A DNA stretch of 59,730 nt, counting the filler, from Dirinaria sp. TL-2023a (Eukaryota), in the NCBI GenBank assembly GCA_051941275.1. It is 4 parts of 4 records of this genome, joined end to end, with 100 filler letters (N's around TTAATTAATTAA, not from the genome) between each part and the next. Parts side by side here need not be neighbours in the genome. Positions count along the whole stretch, not along the records: positions 29,943 to 44,797 come from JAVEBF010000576.1; positions 44,898 to 59,730 come from JAVEBF010000577.1; 2 more parts are not named here. The stretch is one strand, 5' to 3'. How positions within the stretch are numbered: position 1 is the stretch's first letter; every line of letters begins with the position of its first letter. The position numbers and the translations under genes are program-made. Positions 36,933 to 49,715 of this stretch are shown here, piece after piece. Below the pieces are notes generated by a model. The model did not search any database. It was given only the letters and a program-made list of their open reading frames with translations, and was not told the origin of the DNA.

Positions 36933-37497
36933 TTCTTGGGGCTATCAATTGTCAGCTACAGCTAGGCCGCATGTCTTGTAAGGTTCTCAGCTTACTCTCT
37001 GAGGCGGTTTCTTGGAAAACATCTCGCTCCTCTGTTATACAGATAATTTGGGCTACAGGATTAACGCTTCATAACAAGATACCTTAATGTATGCATCTTG
37101 TGTTGAGCTCGTGAAGCTTCAGTTCAGTGCGGGACTTGAATGCCAAGGCATGTGAAGTACGGTACATATGTGTGTTCGAAAGCGGTTTAGCGTGGTTTCG
37201 GAGACACTTCTTTAGCCGCGACCTCAACCAACCTTCTACCCAACCAACCCATCATAACCACCTTCAACGACATCCCACAAATTAACTCATCTTTGGAGCG
37301 AAACCTGTGTCATTTTCTCCTCTTCAGTAGATTTCGAGTTGAGGCTCCGCTACACATCTTGCTCTGCACCTACCTACTTCCATAGCTCTGCCCCTTAGCT
37401 GGAGGCTGAGCCCGAGCCATCACAATCAGAGGCTTCGTCTGTTTACCTCCCCCTTTCCTTTCTTCTTCCCATTTAGCTCTGAACTATCACGACTACT

Positions 37498-40313
37498 ATG
37501 ACTGAACCAGAAGACCTCGAGGAGGATCTCTTTGCCGATCTGTAAGTTTCCCAGAGTGTTTCCGTGGACCTGCTAAATTGAACTTACAGCTACGATGCCG
37601 ACGAGCCTTCCACTAAGCCTCTTCCTGCTCCGGCAGCCCAAGCCGAAGTCCTGCAACCTACTTCAGTCGCAGCTCCAGCGCCCAATGGAATGGGAGTAGA
37701 TCAAATGCAATTAACAACTTCGCATGATGTAAAGAACGAGGATCCTCCGACAGACCAGTACGCAAATGGTCAAGACGGTGAGACCAGAGTGGCAGGGGAC
37801 AATGGACAGACCAATGAAGCTCAAAATGGGAATTATGCTTATGAGTCCGGCGAGTCTCAGGGGATTGGTATCAAAGAGGATGGGTAAGTCGGATTTTAGG
37901 ATGTGCACTTTTTTCTCCCCAGTATTACTATAGCATCTTGGAGCATCTCGTATTTTGAACGAGGATGATGAGTTCATGCGCTCTCTCAAAGAGTACTTCA
38001 GAGCAACATCACCTTTCCAACCACTAGATCTCCAGGCGATGGAAGTTTTCGGGTCCTCCTATAGTTCATCAAGAAGGCGGTGATGAATTTAGGCGAGAAT
38101 CTTAGGAATATCGGCGCCAAATGGCCAAGCAAACTGGCATCGAGCGGCGCAGTGGTTCTTGCAGGCGCATTAGAGCCGTCATTTCCGGGTTAGCTGTAAC
38201 GTGGATTCTGCAATTGCAGACGAGAAGCTCAAAGATTGAGAGCGAGTCTTGAATGGATCATTGAGAATCTGGCTTGGTCTATGACCTTTGATCGACAACT
38301 AGGAATACTGCCATCAGCGTCACTGCTACAAACTAGCTTATGGTTAATCATAAATTCCATAGAGCAGAGCAGGAGGCACTCGTCTGCGAAGTATATCACT
38401 CGATACCAGAAGCTAGCATCGACTCTATCCTAATATAGCAAAAAGACGAAACAGTTCCGCGTACATTGACCGTTCCTCGTACTCCATAAAGTGCGCGGAG
38501 TCGAGCTATGTCCGACTTTGCTTTCAGCTTGCCGGCAGCGGGTGATTGAAACAACTACTGCGAAAGACGTTTCAAGACAATGAGCAGTCAAAGCGACTGT
38601 CCATCAGCACTAAGTACTGCTGAACACTGGCCACTAAAGCTGTTTTGTGGAGAGCTGTACCCTACCCATTCGACCTGGATCTATCAAACCAACTCCAGCG
38701 GTCGCAGTGGATTATACTAATTAGGCTCAATTCCGTGGAATTTTCTTTACTTTCTTCTATTTTCAATCACGTTCGCATGGCTTTCTTTCCCAAATGTTTT
38801 CTGCAGATGCTAACCATAGTCACGTGATGGTAGGAAAATGTTCATTGGCGGATTAAATTGGGAAACAACCGACCGTATGTAGCCCAAACATCTTTCGAAT
38901 CCCTTTGCTCTCTGGATCTATAAGCGTCTGATCATCTCGACAGAATCTCTCAAAGACTATTTTTCCAAATTCGGCGAAGTGCAAGAATGCACCGTCATGC
39001 GAGATGGAGCTTCTGGGCGCTCTCGAGGCTTTGGGTTTTTGACCTTCAAAGATCCACGTACCGTCAACGTGGTCATGGTAAAGGAGCATTTCTTGGATGG
39101 TAAAATAGTAAGCACTCTCATTTCAACGCCTCCTACAGCTCCCTCCTGGTTCCCTCGTTTTGGACATGAACTTACAAATTTCAAGATTGATCCCAAGCGT
39201 GCTATACCTCGAGACGAGCAAGAGCGCACCAGCAAAATCTTCGTTGGTGGCGTGAGCCAAGACGCCAATGAACAGGATTTCAAAGAGTACTTCGCGCAAT
39301 TTGGGCGAGTGGTAGACGCGACTTTGATGATCGACAAGGACACAGGCAGACCCCGTGGTTTCGGTTTCGTGACATTCGATAGCGAGGCTGCGGTTGACGC
39401 TACGCTTCAAGGCGATCTCATGATTCTGGGCAAGCCAATCGAAGTCAAGAAAGCGCAACCTCGGGGCAATATGCGCGAGGAAGAGGATTTTGGCGGACGT
39501 GGACGAGGTGGACGCCGCGGTGGCAAAGACTTTAACGACCGCGGTAACTTCGACAATAATGCTAACGCCGGTCACGGCCCGAATCAACAAGGTCAGGGCA
39601 TGTACGGCGGCAACAACATGACCCCTCAAATGATGGCGCAGTACTGGACTAAGATGACACAGTATTTCCAGGCAATGCAACAGCACATGCAAGCCATGCA
39701 GGGGGGGGGGATGGGGATGGGTGGCATGAACCCAGCAATGATGCAGCAAATGGCTCAGATGAAACAGATGCAACAGATGGCCGGCCAACGCGGCTCTCAG
39801 TCTCCTCTGCCACAAAGCCCTGGCGCCCAAGGAATGCAAGGCATGAATCCCATGATGATGCAGCAGATGCAACAAATGCAGCAGATGGCCCAGCAAGGCG
39901 GGGGCTATGGCATGAACCCCCAAATGGGAGGTGGCAGCAACTTTCCTCCACCTGCCCGTCGCAGCACTCCGGGCTACAACGCCCAGGACCAATTAGCTTT
40001 TGAGCAGCAGAAGTACGAGCAGCAGCAAGCTCGGCGTGCGGCTCAGGAAGCACAGCAGATGCAAGGCTATCAGCAAGGTGGCCCTACAAGCTGGGAGGGC
40101 ATGTATGATGAGGTGCCGCAGCCGAATATGGGTCAGCAAGCTGGAGGCGGGAGAGGAGGCGGGAGAGGTGGAGGGCCACAGAGGACTCAGGGTCCGCAGA
40201 GCGCACCGCCTGCGAACGCGCCGACCGGACCTAAGAATGCTGGGAAACCTGGAGCGAACTATAGGGGTGGTGGGAGGGGTTCACATAGAGGATTTCATCC
40301 GTACGCTAGGTAG
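37498..40313 (+). CDS. HRP1: hnRNP / cleavage factor IB Hrp1-like protein (2 RRMs, Q/M/G-rich low-complexity domain, RGG, PY-NLS); introns 37542-37589, 37884-38833, 38875-38943, 39108-39185
   Basis: MTEPEDLEEDLFADL/YD...GIKEDG/KMFIGGLNWETTD/QSLKDYF...RSRGFGFLTF, second RRM KIFVGGV...RGFGFVTF, C-terminal RGFHPYAR. Confidence 0.92.
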
Positions 40314-40943
40314 GAGCAAGCGGAGGGCGCTTCAAAGGAAGGCAGTAAGTCTATTTCGTCGATGACTGGAGTTGGTGATTCCCTTGTTGGAGATCACTGG
40401 GGTCATATTGCATGCAATCCTCATGGCTTTGTAGAGAATTGAGCTTTCTGGTCGATGTGGAGGCGGTCCACTGTCACACAAAAGGCGTTATGGAAGAGAT
40501 CGTTCGATTGTACTTTAGACTTGCATTTCATCAGAGCCTCCCTCTATCATGGAGGTAAATCCAGAGAACATCTTGCACCTCGCCCGATTTTCACCACTTA
40601 GATGTTGAATGCGCAAAACACAATACAGCGCATGAAAAAGTCACAGGTTATAAGTTTCCGGTATCGTAAGGCACGTGAGGTGACTATGCTTCAATAATAA
40701 ATACATACTTTCCATTTCCCATCCATGAAAGATACATGTAGGTAGTAGTCAAGATTGACATTCAACGGAAGTTAATCTCTATGCATTTCGGTGACGAAAG
40801 GCACTAAGGGAGCTACTAGAGACAAACACATATCAAGAGATCCTAATCCCAAGTTCTCTAGCTTCCTTCTGCCCCTAGTCCACGATTTTTCCTGAGCATC
40901 CCTGGCTTGCTTTTGGAATAAAATAGCTTCCCTGCGTACGTAT

Positions 40944-41552
40944 TCACAGCACAAGTCCGCCCACCAGCCCTGCAACACCAACAGCCACAGCTCGAGCTCT
41001 AGCCTCTCCGGTCGGGACAGCGCCTCCTTTGCTACTGCTTGTAGCAACGGCACGAGTCGTGGCACTACCTTGGGTTCCCGCGTTTCCATTTGCAATGTCC
41101 CCGCCAGATCCACCTCCCATGCCTTGCCCACCGCCGCCATCGCCACCAGCAATGGCGGCCGTTGCCGAGCCGACACTTGTTGAAGCGCTGGTCGATGCAG
41201 CCATCATCATTGTGGCGCCCGTAGTTTGGGCCATCGCCGAGGATCCTGCCATTGTTGCCATGGAGCCAGCAGCCCCAGACGCTGAAGTCCCAGCATTGGA
41301 CGCTGAAGCAGCGGCATTGGAAGCACCAGGAGATGCGGCACCTGACGCTGAGGCTACGACGCTCGCTAGAGTAGTTTGAACCCCACCGGAAACACCCCCG
41401 ATACCGCCTTGACGAGCTTCAATCTAGAAGACGATCGGCGTCAGCAACTGTCCAATGGCACTTTTGATGGTCCTTACCCTAACGTCTGCCTCAGCGGAGA
41501 AAAACAGTAACGAAAACAAAGCCGCTGCCAACGATGAAGTGGAGAAGTGCAT
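40944..41552 (-). CDS. Secreted, probably GPI-anchored Ala/Ser/Gly/Thr-rich cell-surface protein, intron 41424-41477
   Basis: Signal peptide MHFSTSSLAAALFSLLFFSAEA, then DVR/IEARQ, a low-complexity body and a hydrophobic C-terminus (SSSKGGA...AVAVGVAGLVGGLVL*). Confidence 0.8.
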
Positions 41553-43090
41553 CGTGAGATCCGTTCAGGAATTTGTATAGGGTGGAAAGGTGCGCAAGAG
41601 AGAGAGATATATGTCAGAGAGGCAAAAGACGACAGCGAAGATTCAGAGATGGGAAATAGGAAACGGGGTAAGAGATCGGTTCCCTACCTGATGGACCTCA
41701 TCCCACTATCCCGCCCCCAGCTACATAGCACATACATCATCGCATGCATCAATCAGCTACAGGTAAGGTAGGTGGGAGCCAAGGGGCGTTCGTGACATCA
41801 CCTCCATGTCACGCCCAGGACTGCTCGTTAGGGAATTAGTGTATTTCCTCCCGTCTGCAGAGCGTCCCTGCGAGCTTGCCACTTGGCTGTGCTTCTCCGA
41901 CGATCATTCGAAGATTAGGTTTGGCAGACTTCCATATCCTCATATCGGCCTCTGCAGCTAAAGTCCACGAGCCAAGCCAAGATCAACATCTCGGCACGTG
42001 ATCGGCATTCAATAACCGGTCGCTTCGGTCCGTTACCTCCCTTACACTCCTACATAACGTACCTTATCTGTCAATGGCCTACCCTCGATGCCTTTCTTGC
42101 TTATCTTTCTGATGCTTGACACATATCTCAAATCGCCAGTCTACAGCCTGGTTCGTAGGGCCGTTGCTGCTGGTGCCAAAAGTTGGCAAACGCTTTGATC
42201 CGAGCCTTGGTCCAAATGCAGCACCATGGGCGTGTGGGTTCATTGCCGATCTGTGTACCTACGAAATCACCGAATCTAGATCTGATGTCTGCAAGATATC
42301 GGCACGTAGTTGACAGTTTGAATTTGCCCCTTCGTCAGGAATACTTAGATCGCGGAGTCCTGTCACTACTGTGGTGTTCGCTCATATTCGAAGACTGCAG
42401 TCCAAGTAAGGAAAGGCATGGCTTGGCAGGAATCTTTTTCACAGTGAAGCGATTAAAGCAGATTTACTTGTCTTGGATCCACAAGCCCGTATTGACGGTA
42501 TTGCTTGGTGATGTTTTTCTTATGAACCTTAATCTGACCTTTCGTCTTCTCTCCAAGTCATGTCAATGCTTATGATAGTTCCATTGTTGCTTCTCAAGAT
42601 ATCGATGTGCAGAACCAAGCTACCACCGAGCCTAATTTCTCAGATTCCTGAATGACAGTCCGATGCAACCTTGCACGAGGCACACAAAGACCTTTTCGCT
42701 TAGCAATGCTCATTTGCAGACAAAGGATACCTCTTTTTCCACCCTCGATACTTTTCTGCGTCGCGGCCGGAATACCCTTAGACACACAAAGAATCAATGC
42801 TAAACCCCTTCATGCAAATTGGGCTCTTTGTTCACTAATTTAAATCTGCTTTGATTCATCATTTTCCAATAACTACCCATCCCCGAGTCCGAAGCAATTC
42901 TCACGTCGGACGCTCTCGTACCCAGCCATTACCATTTCTCTTGTACTCATTGAAAATTTGGAAGCCGGCCTTCCTTATATTTTTAATAATTCAATTGAGT
43001 CGATGAATGTGCGGGTTCACTAGGTACATCTGAAACTTCACATATTGAAACCCTTTTCTAAAAAGCGCAGAACTAAGCTCACTTATTAAG

Positions 43091-44557
43091 ATGAGAAATT
43101 TCGCTTTACAGTTTGCGCCTTTGCAACCCTCTAATCTCCAGTACTTTATAGCGCCGTCATCGCCAGCAAGCCCTAAATCACCATTTGGCTTACGACCACG
43201 GCCCCTCTTCTCACGGCAAGATGACGCCAAGCTATCTCCAAAGTCCCCTTCATTCGACGCCCGACGGACGTTGCGGGAGATCGCGAAGCCTGGTCCCTGG
43301 AATTGGAAATGCCACGTCTGCCGCACTCACTATCCGATCGGTGCAACCCGTAGGTGCCTCCAAGATGGCCACTACATGTGCCCTGGCGTACCAGAGTGGA
43401 GCGCAAAGAAAGGGGAGTACAGATACAAGCACGGGTGTGCGAGTGATTTCGACTATCGAGGCTGGTACATCTACGCATCGAGGAGAGAAGCTTTGAACAG
43501 TGAGAGAGGCATTGAGCAACGAGGCTGCTCCAGCAATTGCTACCATCCCAGCGAGTGCCGTTGGAATTCGGAGCAGCTTGCCACCAGAGCCAAGAAATAT
43601 GACCAACGCAAAAGAGCAGCGAAACATGGTGATAAGCTCAGCGGTTCTACAAATCCTTCGAATGGACTGCCAGGGACGCCTCCGAAGAAAAAGTCGTTGG
43701 ATCAGCTTGATCTGGAGTCTCAGCGCAGTGGGCAAGATCTCACGACTTCAGGTACGGATCCTCCAGCTCCCGAAAGTCGAATTGATTCGCTAGAGCCCAC
43801 GGTAACATTTGCGGTCAGAGCTGAAGCAACACCGGAAGCTGCTCGCCAGTCATCTGCTGAGCGCCGCGCAAAGCGCAAAACGAAACGACACCGAAACATA
43901 ACCGCTCCACTGCTGTCGCCCATAAAAGAGGAAATGCGGTCTCCAGATCCACCAAAACTGGATAACAAGGTCCGTCGACCAGCTCTTCGGTTCACCACCC
44001 ACCTTGACGGTTTTCTAAACCCATACCACAATGACACTACCCAAATAATGAAACCGCTCGATCGGGACGAAGATGACATTATGCAAACATTAGATATCGT
44101 CGACGATATCGACATGCTGCCGCAGCTGAGCCGCACCGGTTCGAAAACACCAAACGACAGAGTCAGCCGCCCGGCTATGCTTTTCACAACCCACTTCGTC
44201 GACTTCCTCGAATCGCAAAACAGACCCTGCGTTCTGCCTGAAATCGAGCCCCTGGATGATCTCCCGGATTTTGAGAAGATGGACCTCGATGGCCCACCCG
44301 AGCCGCCGACTCAGCCGAGTGGCACGCTTGTACATTCCGATACTTCGCGCCAAAACAGCGAGGATGAGTTTATGTTTAACGGATCTGGTTCAAGTAGTAT
44401 GGAGCACGAGGAGGAGGAAGAGTTCCCCCTTTCCCCAACGCGTAGCGCATGGGAGTGGACGGCTGGAGGCATCGGTATGGCCGTGAGCACGCCGGCGGAA
44501 GCAGTTGGCAAGCAGATGCTGGGGGAGGAGATGGAGGTCGAATATAATGTCTGGTGA
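43091..44557 (+). CDS. Hypothetical protein with an N-terminal Cys/His-rich (probable Zn-binding) domain and a disordered tail
   Basis: 488-aa ORF with WKCHVC...RRCLQDGHYMC...CASDFDYRGW...CSSNCYHPSECRW. Confidence 0.75.
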   Translation: MRNFALQFAPLQPSNLQYFIAPSSPASPKSPFGLRPRPLFSRQDDAKLSPKSPSFDARRTLREIAKPGPWNWKCHVCRTHYPIGATRRCLQDGHYMCPGVPEWSAKKGEYRYKHGCASDFDYRGWYIYASRREALNSERGIEQRGCSSNCYHPSECRWNSEQLATRAKKYDQRKRAAKHGDKLSGSTNPSNGLPGTPPKKKSLDQLDLESQRSGQDLTTSGTDPPAPESRIDSLEPTVTFAVRAEATPEAARQSSAERRAKRKTKRHRNITAPLLSPIKEEMRSPDPPKLDNKVRRPALRFTTHLDGFLNPYHNDTTQIMKPLDRDEDDIMQTLDIVDDIDMLPQLSRTGSKTPNDRVSRPAMLFTTHFVDFLESQNRPCVLPEIEPLDDLPDFEKMDLDGPPEPPTQPSGTLVHSDTSRQNSEDEFMFNGSGSSSMEHEEEEEFPLSPTRSAWEWTAGGIGMAVSTPAEAVGKQMLGEEMEVEYNVW

Positions 44558-44797
44558 AAATTTAATTAATTTTTTTTTTCAAGCACCTTTCTACTTTCCT
44601 TACATTTTTACAAATCGATGCTTTGAGAAAATATCATTCCGCTCAGACAGGGCACATAACGGGTGTTAAGTTGTGGACGCTTTGCAGAAATTCATTTTTG
44701 TGAAACTTTAGAAGAAGAAGAAGGAGGAGGAGCTACCTTAATATAATAACTCTAAACTCTTTTTTTTCTTCTTTTGGTTTTCAAGCTTTTTTTCTTC

Positions 44798-44897
44798 NNN
44801 NNNNNNNNNNNNNNNNNNNNNNNNNNNNNNNNNNNNNNNNNTTAATTAATTAANNNNNNNNNNNNNNNNNNNNNNNNNNNNNNNNNNNNNNNNNNNN
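44798..44897. other. Artificial contig linker (N44-TTAATTAATTAA-N44)
   Basis: Same 100-nt spacer. Confidence 0.97.
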
Positions 44898-45420
44898 CCA
44901 TTATTATTGTCAGGTGAAATGCACTTCATTCTCTGTCCCGGTATCTTCAGTATCTATGCCGCGCAGAATGACATGACCACGCCATTGGTGTTCCTTGGAT
45001 TATCGAGATGACGATGACAGCATTTGTAGAATAGTGACTGTTTGCCCAGGAACATGACCAGTTGGCGAGTCAAGCTATTTTATCATATACTTTCGATAAA
45101 TACTGTAACCATGTAGTCAAAGGGAGCGTGGAAGGATTGAGCCGTCTTTGACTCCAATATGATAATTGGGCATCGCGATTCCCTCGTTATATCATAATCT
45201 TGTCCAGAGGAACCGCTCATATTCATTCTCAAAGCTGCAAAAGCAGTGGGGCAACCACTCCCTTCTCCAACATCGAGACGATGAAGCGTTGTGATGCAAC
45301 CAAAGCTACTAAGGTACAAACATCGTCCATCTACTTCTACGCTGTAACACAATGGAGGCCGCTAATTCAGGTAGCTAATGAGCGGGGAAATGTCGTCTTC
45401 ACTCCCCATCCATAGTAGCA

Positions 45421-45678
45421 CTATAAAGCCCTGGAGTCTGACTCTTCACGCGTTCGCATCTCAAGTATTAGGTCGATCCTTTTCAAGAGGCTCGTAGATA
45501 GCATAGTTTGGCAACTTTTTGCACAACCTCGAGATGAGTTTTTATGACCAAAGAGCTGCATGTAATTGTGCAACAGGAGACAGGCCGGTGCAATTCCGAC
45601 ATCATCTTCGGAACTAGCATGAGCGAGACCTAGTATAAAAACAATTAAGGCTGGAGTCGAAAACTTGAAAACAGACAT
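45421..45678 (-). CDS. Possible small secreted protein or a relic of one
   Basis: ATG-initiated 85-aa ORF with a signal-peptide-like N-terminus (MSVFKFSTPALIVFILGLAHA-SS) and 3 Cys. No recognised family. Confidence 0.3.
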   Translation of the reverse strand: MSVFKFSTPALIVFILGLAHASSEDDVGIAPACLLLHNYMQLFGHKNSSRGCAKSCQTMLSTSLLKRIDLILEMRTREESDSRAL

Positions 45679-48305
45679 GTTGAAATCAGGATAGCCAGGT
45701 CAGATATTCACATTGTCATCAAAGGGAGGAGACTCACAGACAAAGGCAGGGAAGTCACCGAGTTGCAGCAGTAATGAAAAGCGATCAACGGTGGCACTGG
45801 GGATGCCACCAGGTGCACCATAGACCAATTTGCTGGGTGGCGTGTGCTGTCCTGCAGAAGGTAACATGCTGACCGCTATTGACAAGACGGTTGAAGAGCA
45901 CAGCAGCAAGCCTCTTTGCAAGAATGATGCACGCAGTGATGCAGATTTGACCTTCAATCTGCAAGGACAGTACACGATCTCCACCTCTTGCCTGGCTCAG
46001 CCCCTGCGATTTTGCATTTGGACTGCGACTGCAAATGGCATTCTGAACATTTTGCCGGTTGCAAGTCACTCAAAAGTCTTCCTCTGCGCTGCGTAATGCG
46101 ATCTCTACATCGGTCGGCAAAGTCCAAGGCTTCTTTGGGATACGAAGAAGCCTGCAGATTGTTGACGATGTTCAGAGTTCATACGATCCTTCCAAGACAG
46201 TTCCGATGTGTTTGAATGGCTGGCAGAGTCCAGAACGCTCGATCAGTGACCGAAGTCGGACATACATGGTCTGATGATTTCTTGAGGGAATAACGACCGG
46301 GTATCTCATGCAGAGTACGGTAGAGTCCGTTGCCGTCCACCGAGCCTAGAATTTGTACAGCTGCGTAGACTTGGCTCTGACTTACAGCTAACAGTTGAGC
46401 TTGTGAGGTAGTCATGCTCAGGCAGAGCTACGCGGACTCCAAGGCTTCAGGTGTGCTAGAAGTGGAATTCGATACGTTCTATATCCCGTTACAAGATGGA
46501 AGTCGAATGCGCCAGAAGGAGGTCATTAGTGCGCTCTTGATTGAACTTTACTGTTTGATTTTAGCACCACTCATGCATTTTGGGCACGCAGTTCCTGGAG
46601 CACGCAGGTGAAGATCCAATGGGTAGACTAAGGCATGGCCAAAGGAGTGCCAAACGTGGCTTTGAAGTTGTTTATTTTATACGCTATGCCTAATTGGTCA
46701 CCAGATACATAGCCCGACGGAGTTGTGAACCATGAAACCGACAGGGACTCGAACCTACATACCGCTCTGCCGCATTAGTTATTTCGGAGGATGTAAGTTA
46801 TATGTAGCCAGCGCTTTCTATGGGACGCCGTCTACACCCTGTATCTCGCCTCATTTCTAACTTGAGAACTTATGCAGAACAAATGAAACACTGATTACCT
46901 ACGGCGATCCTTTCGGACGAATTTCTCTCAACTTAGACTTATACTCCTTGGCAATCGCTGCCAATCTTCCTCAAGACTCTTCCGACGATTCGTCCGTCGA
47001 TGACTCCTCCGATGCCGTCTCTTCAGATGAAGGTTCTTCCGACTCCTTCGATGATGTATCTTCTGAGGATGGTCTTTCCGGTGGTGAGTTCTCCAGTGCT
47101 TCAATGGTGATCTCTGGTCGCTTGTTGCCACTCAGTAGCCCACCAGGAGAGCCAAACGTAAGAAGAGTAGAAGAGGAGAAAAGGAGAAAGAGTCGACCAA
47201 GGCGCTTCTGGGTCATTTCGGACGGCTAGAATTATGTCTTTCTGGCCCTCATATTGGTCAATCTATGAAGTTTCTCATGCGTGCGAAGATGAATTGCGCT
47301 ATGGGAATATCACAATGAGGGAAGGGTGATCAGCTGAAGAGGACGGGGACCCAACACGTTGGCGAGACCACACTGAATGAGATATTCCTTGTCTGGAGAT
47401 GAGACATGGCGGTGTGTTAGGCTGCAGCAAAAATGAGCCACACTAACTGCGTATTGTCAGGTAGGTCATGAGTCCAGGCGCCCTGTATATGCAGCTGCAG
47501 CGGACATTGGAAATAACTGTCCGGTGCCCCGGGCGGTCTGGCAATCGTGGTGGCCTGGAAGCTGTGCGTGATTCTTGTGCGTGATTCTTGCGCATGATAG
47601 GGGCTCTTAGATGCTTCCTGTGACAACTTGGTCTGCATACGCTAAGGAATACCTTGTTTGCGAAATATTGACACGACACCAGGATCGTCGTGCGGAACGC
47701 CGAAAACAAAGACGAGGGACTTTTATTCGTTAAGCATCATCGGCCGCCTCGGTGGGAGGTTTGTAATCGAAGACCTCGACCTCGGTAGGATCGAAAGGTG
47801 TGGAGCAATCTGATCGACTGGGGACTCTGGAGTCATAGGATCCATCAGCTTGAAGGTCAGAGTAAAAGGTACAGGATTTGGCTCCATTTCGTCAGCTTTC
47901 TTAAATTATCGACATGCAAGGTGCGGATCCATGGCTTACTGGGTATCCTACGATAACGCTGAAGTAGACTCGTGAAATACTACTGGAAGTAGATAGTTGA
48001 TGGCGGATGATGGCGCTAATCAATTTCAGGGGGGTAAATGCAGTGGGGACTCCCGCACAAAGGCCTCGCTTACATAAGGAGGGACGTTTCATGGGCTTGT
48101 CATCTCAACCCTAACAAAACCCTCCACCTCCGTGCTCGGTTTTTAACGAAAGACAAACTACGCCACTTGCAACGAAATGTTGGGATGAAGTTATCAGCGT
48201 TTTCATATTAAAGATTTTGCTTGAAATTGAAAACTATCTCATTCGGAAGATATCTTCACCCAACCATAATTATTCTCGACCAGCTCAATTCATTAATATT
48301 ATCTG

Positions 48306-49715
<1,410 letters not shown>

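Noticed and set aside
37960..38200. Box C/D snoRNA in the HRP1 long intron (ATGATGA and GTGATGA C-box-like motifs)
   Set aside because: No suitably spaced CTGA D box or terminal stem was found.
39123..39992. Long antisense ORFs (289 aa opposite HRP1, 203 aa opposite PRP6, 191 aa opposite CYB2)
   Set aside because: These are shadow ORFs produced by GC-rich or low-complexity codon usage on the coding strand.
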